64,000 nucleotides of DNA from Candidatus Hodarchaeota archaeon (GTDB lineage: Archaea > Asgardarchaeota > Lokiarchaeia > Sigyniarchaeales > SOKP01). Below, piece by piece: positions 58,582-64,000 of the stretch (position 1 is the first letter of the stretch; the number at the start of each line of letters is the position of its first letter). The notes under the pieces are model-generated. The model saw only the letters and a list, made by a program, of their open reading frames with translations. It had not been told where the DNA came from and ran no database searches. The stretch lies in the NCBI GenBank assembly GCA_048887225.1, contig JBHLJY010000003.1, positions 1 to 64,000 of the forward strand, given 5' to 3'. The position numbers and the translations under genes were made by a program.

Positions 58582-59334
58582 ATGGATTTAGAAGAAAAAA
58601 TTGAATTAGCTGCAAAATGGGTCGCCGATTCAAAAAAGTTAGTGGTTTTTACAGGTGCAGGAATATCAACAGATAGCGGATTACCGGATTATAGGGGACC
58701 AGAGGGTGTTTGGACAAGACGCGATAAAGGGTTACCTCCACCTAAATCACCTCCGTGGGATCAAGTAACACCTAATGCTGGACATATGGTTATTGTGGAT
58801 TTATTAAAAATGGGAAAATTAGATTATCTTATCTCTCAAAATGTTGATGGACTCCACGCAAAATCAGGAATCCCTTTTGAAATCATGGCAGAATTACATG
58901 GAAACATGTACTTCATGAAATGTTTAGGGGATTGTGGAAAAAAAATGACATTTGAAGATGCTGGATGGGATAAAAAAAAGTGGGGGAAAGGATATCTCAC
59001 CAATCGGATAAGAAAAGATCAGCCTAATTGCCCTAACTGTGGGGGAAGACTTATTAATAGTATTGTGAACTTTGGAGATCCTTTACCTCAAGACGAATTA
59101 TATGAATCAATAAGAAGATCTGAACAATCAGATGTTTTTTTTGTTATCGGATCTTCCTTAGTCGTAACACCTGCGGCTAGTATGCCTGGGATTGCAAAAA
59201 AAAATGGGGCGAAGCTAATTATTTTGAATGCGGGTGAAACGCCTTATGATCAAGTAGCTGACTTAAGATTTTTTAATACAATAAGTGAAGTACTTCCTCC
59301 AATCATGGAAAAAGTAAAAGCTATGGTTAATTAG
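58582..59334 (+). CDS. Sir2-family NAD-dependent deacylase (class IV-like)
   Basis: FTGAGISTDSGLPDYRGPEGVWT, SQNVDGLH, ELHGN, two Cys pairs, GSSLVVTPAA. Confidence 0.93.
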   Translation: MDLEEKIELAAKWVADSKKLVVFTGAGISTDSGLPDYRGPEGVWTRRDKGLPPPKSPPWDQVTPNAGHMVIVDLLKMGKLDYLISQNVDGLHAKSGIPFEIMAELHGNMYFMKCLGDCGKKMTFEDAGWDKKKWGKGYLTNRIRKDQPNCPNCGGRLINSIVNFGDPLPQDELYESIRRSEQSDVFFVIGSSLVVTPAASMPGIAKKNGAKLIILNAGETPYDQVADLRFFNTISEVLPPIMEKVKAMVN

Positions 59335-59343
59335 AGGCTTTAC

Positions 59344-60987
59344 TTATTTTAACTTAGCAAAAATTTTTTTATTTCTGTCGACTTCTTTGAGAATTCTTCT
59401 TCCTTCTTGATTAGATAAGGATAAATTAATATCACTACTTCTACTTAATGAACCTGTAAAAATAAGCTCATTTTCTGCAAAGACTTCAATGTTTTGACTC
59501 GCATATTGAGGATCTGCTTGAATTATAATTTTTTTTTTATCAATTGTAATGTCTAATTCAATCATTTTTTTCATTGATTTCTTCTTTTTATTCGGGAATT
59601 CTGAGAGTTTTTTCCCTCTCCTTGGTTTTATCGGGACTATTACTACATCTTGACCAAAAGAATAAATCTCATATTTTAATTGCCCAGTACCATAATCTCT
59701 AACATCAACAACGGGGCGCGCTAAGTCTTTATCTCTAAATCCATTTGGAACCTTTACTGTCATTTTCAGGACTAAAACATTGGTAATATCTCCTCCTTCT
59801 ATGAAAATAATTGTATCAATAATAGAAGGAAGCATTCCTAGTTCTACACGACCTATAAATCTCTGGATGGCATCTATAGCGGAGGAAGAATGAACCACTC
59901 CTATCATACCTACTCCTGATAAACGAAAATCAGCATAAATTTCAAAATCTTTTGTAGTTCTCACCTCGTCAAAAATAGTATAATCAGGTCTTACAAGCAG
60001 TAAAACGTCCGCAGAATTTTCTAGACTTCCTTCAAGCTTAGTATATTGTGTGATCTCTGGTTCAACTTGTAAATCTCTAACACTTTCTAATGTTTTTACT
60101 ACTTTGTCTCGTTCTAAATAATAATTTGCCAATGCTGCTGAAAACGTTGATTTTCCCGCACCTGGCGACCCCGCTACTAAAATACCTTCTGCCTTTTGTA
60201 ATCTTTCTCTTAATCTACTATCAATACTATAATCATTTAAAGTTAAGCTAACTAAAGGGCGGACTGCTGTAATTTCCACATCATTAGAAAAGGGAGGTCG
60301 AGTGATGACAATTCTAAATTCTCGTAATTGTGCAACTACGGCGCCTTCTTTTTCGATTTCGATAAAGGAACGTTCATCTTCTCTAACATTTTCTATTATT
60401 TCAAGAGCAATATCTTCTATTAATTTATTGTTAATAGACTCATGATCTACCTTTACTAAATGCCAATCACCTGGAGCACCTTTTTTCGCATAAGGGGGCA
60501 AACCTCGTTTAAGATGAACACTCATAGTTGTCTCATCAAAATAATCAAAAATCTTGAGCTTTAAAGATTCTTTTCTAAGGGGTGGCTTCTTTTCCCAAGC
60601 AAATAAAACTTCTAAACCCTCAAAAATACCTACATCCCCTTGAATTCTATCTGCCGTAATTAATATAGCATTGTTTTCTAAAGCAGATTTCCGTATTAAT
60701 GCATCGAGCTCCCCACCTGGACTCATTTTTATTTCCTCTCTCGTTGGGCGACTCCCTATGATTTTCAAATTAATTTTTTTCTCATTATGAAGTTCTCGTA
60801 ATTCTTTTAAGATATTAAGCCCGTAAAATCCTATCTCTTTTTGAATATTTGTACGATATTCAACTTCTGCAATAACAATATTAGAAATAATGATTTCTGG
60901 ATTGTCTCCCAATTCTCCATCCTCAATAAGACTTAGAATCTGACCATTAAAAATAACAGAAGTGTCACATGCAAATTTATCTGGCAT
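59344..60987 (-). CDS. PINA: PIN-domain/VirB11-like ATPase
   Basis: N-terminal PIN (CDTSVI, GELDALIR, TAD); GSPGAGKSTF, LLVRPDYTIFDEVR, DAIQRFIGRVELG, DLARPVV. Confidence 0.9.
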   Translation of the reverse strand: MPDKFACDTSVIFNGQILSLIEDGELGDNPEIIISNIVIAEVEYRTNIQKEIGFYGLNILKELRELHNEKKINLKIIGSRPTREEIKMSPGGELDALIRKSALENNAILITADRIQGDVGIFEGLEVLFAWEKKPPLRKESLKLKIFDYFDETTMSVHLKRGLPPYAKKGAPGDWHLVKVDHESINNKLIEDIALEIIENVREDERSFIEIEKEGAVVAQLREFRIVITRPPFSNDVEITAVRPLVSLTLNDYSIDSRLRERLQKAEGILVAGSPGAGKSTFSAALANYYLERDKVVKTLESVRDLQVEPEITQYTKLEGSLENSADVLLLVRPDYTIFDEVRTTKDFEIYADFRLSGVGMIGVVHSSSAIDAIQRFIGRVELGMLPSIIDTIIFIEGGDITNVLVLKMTVKVPNGFRDKDLARPVVDVRDYGTGQLKYEIYSFGQDVVIVPIKPRRGKKLSEFPNKKKKSMKKMIELDITIDKKKIIIQADPQYASQNIEVFAENELIFTGSLSRSSDINLSLSNQEGRRILKEVDRNKKIFAKLK

Positions 60988-61582
60988 TAAAATCAGAATT
61001 GATATCTTTATTCATAATCTGAAAATTCTTCACATTGTAATAAATAGGCTTACTTAACCTGTCTACTGTTGCAACAATTAGTTCCTTGCGAGAACTCATG
61101 GCAACTCTAGAAATTTTGTCTAAATCTCTTAATTCTATCGGATCTCCCTCAAAAACGGGGAAAATTAAATATTTAGCGGAATCTTTTTCGTAATCTGCAC
61201 CTCTTTTATACACCCGAAATTCAATTCCATCTCCATATCCCGTACGAACTATATATCCTCTCTTTCTTAAATCCATATAGATTATGTACTTATGCCATAA
61301 TTTTTCGTCAAATTGAGTAAAATAAGTTAAAATATCTTCAAAATTGTATTGCTTCTTATTCTTATCATTATCTTCCCATATCAATATCCTATGCCTTTCA
61401 CTAAGGAGTAATACTTCAACAGAATCTAAAATTAAAATTTCTTTTCCTTCCCTATTTTTTTCAACATTCCCTATATATGAAATTTTGTAAAATTCTTCAA
61501 TTCCTGCAAGATCCGAAATCAATACTTTATCTTTCTCTATTGCGCCTTCTACTTGTATTTTCTCATCAGATTTTTCTGTCAT
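60977..61582 (-). CDS. endA: tRNA-intron endonuclease subunit (probably structural)
   Basis: KYIIYMDLRKRGYIVRTG, FRVYKRG, RVAMSSRKELIVATVD, IYY. Confidence 0.85.
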   Translation of the reverse strand: MTEKSDEKIQVEGAIEKDKVLISDLAGIEEFYKISYIGNVEKNREGKEILILDSVEVLLLSERHRILIWEDNDKNKKQYNFEDILTYFTQFDEKLWHKYIIYMDLRKRGYIVRTGYGDGIEFRVYKRGADYEKDSAKYLIFPVFEGDPIELRDLDKISRVAMSSRKELIVATVDRLSKPIYYNVKNFQIMNKDINSDFNAR

Positions 61583-61681
61583 ATCCTAATTGATCAATTA
61601 TATTTTCTAATTAATGAATTTAATCATTTCTTTACCCAATTAGAAAAATTAATTTGGTATCGAGTATTTTTTTCCTTAACT

Positions 61682-62251
61682 ATGAAAGAACTGCTGGAAA
61701 AATTGCTAATTCGATTAAAGGGCGCAAAAAAAGTCCTATTTATGGGTATTGGTGAAGAAAAAATGACGGATGATGGAGTAGGACCTTATATTACAAGTGA
61801 ACTTCTTAATTATTCCAGCGAAAAATTCTTATTTATAAATGCTAATATTGATCCAATGTCAAGAATCGATTATATTTTTAATTTTCATCCTTCTCATTTA
61901 GTCATTTTGGATACATGCACATTAGATGCCCCTCCTGGCACCATTGCTCTTTTAGAACGAGAAAATATAGGTGAATTTGTACCAATATCTTCTCATACTA
62001 TACCAATTCATATTGTAATTGATTTAATCCTCGAAAAAATCCCTAATTTGAGTGTACTTATGATCGGTTTTGTTCCAGAAAGTCTTGAAGGATTCGAGGA
62101 GCTTACTTTATATAAAGATAGAGAATTCACTATTGATGATAAAAACGAAAATTTAGACATACCTTTTTTTAATTTTCAACTTACCGAAACAATTCAAAAA
62201 GTAGCTGACGAAATGATTATTGTTATTAAAGAATTAATTAAAAAGTTGTAA
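61682..62251 (+). CDS. Hydrogenase maturation protease (HycI-like)
   Basis: LFMGIGEEKMTDDGVG, VILDT, PGTI, SSHTIP; start moved to ATG 61682. Confidence 0.85.
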   Translation: MKELLEKLLIRLKGAKKVLFMGIGEEKMTDDGVGPYITSELLNYSSEKFLFINANIDPMSRIDYIFNFHPSHLVILDTCTLDAPPGTIALLERENIGEFVPISSHTIPIHIVIDLILEKIPNLSVLMIGFVPESLEGFEELTLYKDREFTIDDKNENLDIPFFNFQLTETIQKVADEMIIVIKELIKKL

Positions 62252-62318
62252 AATTTTCTCTTGAATCTTTAATATAATGATATAAACGTCTTAGAAAGAT
62301 TTTTAAAAATTGCTTTGC

Positions 62319-63143
62319 CTAACATACTAAACAATTTTCTCTCTTTTCTAAAATATAACTTTCTAAAGTGTTGGAAAATAGGTCAAATATGATTCGATTT
62401 GGGCAATCTTTTCTATGGATTGCTTGAATTAATATATTCACTGCTAAAGTCGAAGAAACCATTGCTGTTAGAATCATAGTTGCTCCAAATTCTAGATTTT
62501 TAAAATCATGGTTCTCCAGTTCTTTCCAATCTATTTTCTCGAATGATAAGATATTATCTTGTGAAAATTTTTTAACCATTTGTTTACTCCTCACAGAACA
62601 CAAAATTGCTTGAAGACATTCGTAACACGGTTTATTTCCGTCTGAAGCTTGATATAGAATCATCCCCGAATATCCAGAAAAAGGGTCAGTTCCACTATAA
62701 ATCATTGGTTTCCCTAGTTTTAAACATACAATACCAACTAATGATCTCTTTATTTCTGGTAAATCTAAACTATTCATGATAAAATCACTTTCCTTAACGA
62801 TTTCTACTGTTTTTTGCCAATCCTCAAAAATGTCGTAATTGTAGGCTACGATTTCTGAAGATAAATTATCCAAACGATCTAATGTATTTTTTGCTACGTT
62901 GGCTTTATTCTTTCCGATATCTTTCTTTGAATAAAGAGTTTGTCTATTTAAGTTTGAGGCCTCAACGATGTCGTAATCAACTAAAATTATTTTTTTAAAT
63001 CCAATTCTCGTAGCTAATAATGCAATATTGCAACCTATACCTCCAATCCCTAAAATAGACAAAATCGACGATCTTATTTTATTCTGCGAAAACCATGGTA
63101 TTTTTTCTTGACGGGAGAAAAATCTATTATTATATTTACTCAT
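62319..63143 (-). CDS. E1-like ubiquitin-like-protein activating enzyme (ThiF/MoeB/UBA5 family)
   Basis: FSRQ, GIGGIG, DYDIVEASNLNRQ, GKNK, Zn pairs CYEC and CLVC; start moved to ATG 63143. Confidence 0.92.
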   Translation of the reverse strand: MSKYNNRFFSRQEKIPWFSQNKIRSSILSILGIGGIGCNIALLATRIGFKKIILVDYDIVEASNLNRQTLYSKKDIGKNKANVAKNTLDRLDNLSSEIVAYNYDIFEDWQKTVEIVKESDFIMNSLDLPEIKRSLVGIVCLKLGKPMIYSGTDPFSGYSGMILYQASDGNKPCYECLQAILCSVRSKQMVKKFSQDNILSFEKIDWKELENHDFKNLEFGATMILTAMVSSTLAVNILIQAIHRKDCPNRIIFDLFSNTLESYILEKRENCLVC

Positions 63144-63220
63144 AATTAATGAGAAAAAAGGAGTAAAGAAATATAAAAATAACAAATTTAAATAATAAAA
63201 AATTATAAAAAAAAAAATTT

Positions 63221-63481
63221 TTAAATCAAAAATCCTCCTGCTTGCGTAGCCATAACAGTTATTACGTCTTTTTTAGGGTGAATCCCGATTTTAGCAAATT
63301 TTAAATTATCTGGTAGTACCTTTCCTTTAAAAATAAATTGAATTGCCAAGATAGGATTCAATTTATATTCTCTCTGAACTGATTTTTTGATATCAGCAAT
63401 ATTTTGATTAGGATCTACCTCAATTAATTTAATAGCTTGGTCTGGAGGGACACCAGTAAGTCGGAACCTATATTGAGTAAT
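63221..63481 (-). CDS. Ubiquitin-like protein precursor (86 aa, GG-FLI C-terminus; ATT start)
   Basis: (M)TQYRFRLTGVPPDQAIKLIEVDPNQNIADIKKSVQREYKLNPILAIQFIFKGKVLPDNLKFAKIGIHPKKDVITVMATQAGGFLI*; aligns by eye to ubiquitin; adjacent to the E1. Confidence 0.88.
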   Translation of the reverse strand: MTQYRFRLTGVPPDQAIKLIEVDPNQNIADIKKSVQREYKLNPILAIQFIFKGKVLPDNLKFAKIGIHPKKDVITVMATQAGGFLI

Positions 63482-63622
63482 TTTTTATCACTTTCTTTTT
63501 TTAGATTAGGATTTATTATATCTATTATATCATTTGAAATAATTAAGGATTTTTATCTAAATAATTATACTTAAGTTTGATGTTTTAAAATTTAAATCTA
63601 TTCCCAAGATAAAATTTGATCT

Positions 63623-63811
63623 TTAAATTCGAAATGGTTCGGGTGGTGGCGGGGGACCAGGTGGTGCTGGGCCTGGATGAATAGGAGGGCTTGGTCGAAA
63701 CGGAGGGCGTTGAAATAAGTTTTCTAAGGACGAAAGTCGATTTTCTAACTCATCTATTTTTTTTTCAATTTTATTTATCCTTTCCAATAAATTCGGGTTT
63801 TCTATTGACAT
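63623..63811 (-). CDS. Small coiled-coil plus polyproline protein
   Basis: LLERINKIEKKIDELENRLSSLE followed by RPPFRPSPPIHPGPAPPGPPPPPEPF. Confidence 0.75.
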   Translation of the reverse strand: MSIENPNLLERINKIEKKIDELENRLSSLENLFQRPPFRPSPPIHPGPAPPGPPPPPEPFRI

Positions 63812-64000
63812 CTTTAAATAATTTCAATTTATTTTTTTCAATTTTAATTGTTTCATAATAATGGAACTCATTTTTTTTAAAATTTTTATCTAAATTTTTT
63901 TAAAAACAATCTATTTTTATAATCCATACTAAATTTTAATTTTAAGTATTTTTCAAAATATTAAGTTTTAGTTTAGAAAAAAAGTATAATTTTTTATATT

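Noticed and set aside
62319-63481. Ordinary ThiS/MoaD-MoeB sulfur-carrier pair
   Set aside because: The Ubl matches ubiquitin-type motifs (IFxGKxL), has a post-GG extension, and no thiamine or molybdopterin genes are adjacent; not fully excluded.
871-63490. Selenocysteine readthrough at TGA stops (Lokiarchaeia can encode Sec)
   Set aside because: The TGA-ending genes I checked look complete at the stop; the TGA before the Ubl is followed directly by TAA; no convincing SECIS seen.
1-64000. tRNA/rRNA genes, CRISPR arrays, transposases or integrases
   Set aside because: No GC-rich structured islands, regularly spaced repeats or mobile-element ORFs seen by eye; tRNAscan/Infernal would be needed to exclude small RNAs.

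Overview
Strongly AT-rich, densely coding archaeal chromosome segment. The gene content points to an Asgard archaeon, most likely Lokiarchaeia (inference): RadA, TFB, EndA, PINA and ASH-Ski2-type helicase occur together with roadblock, three longin-domain proteins, a Rab-like GTPase, an actin-family protein, an Rpn11-like JAMM protein and an E1-like enzyme. I saw no tRNA, rRNA, CRISPR array or transposase. Main discovery: an 86-aa ubiquitin-fold protein (63221..63481, minus) missing from the ORF track because its only plausible start is ATT. It ends in GG-FLI and lies directly upstream of a UBA5/MoeB-like E1. Elsewhere in the window are a JAMM-TPR protease next to a C2HC (UBZ-like) zinc-finger gene, and a protein with UFL1/DDRGK-like winged-helix repeats, so these may be parts of one ubiquitin-like conjugation system. 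At least three genes appear to use ATT/ATA starts. Other notable items are an actin with an inserted double zinc ribbon, a receptor-like protein with a cytoplasmic longin domain, a SIRT6/7-like sirtuin, an SSUH2-like protein and a zinc-finger-extended RadA. All family calls are by eye from motifs; no searches were run.
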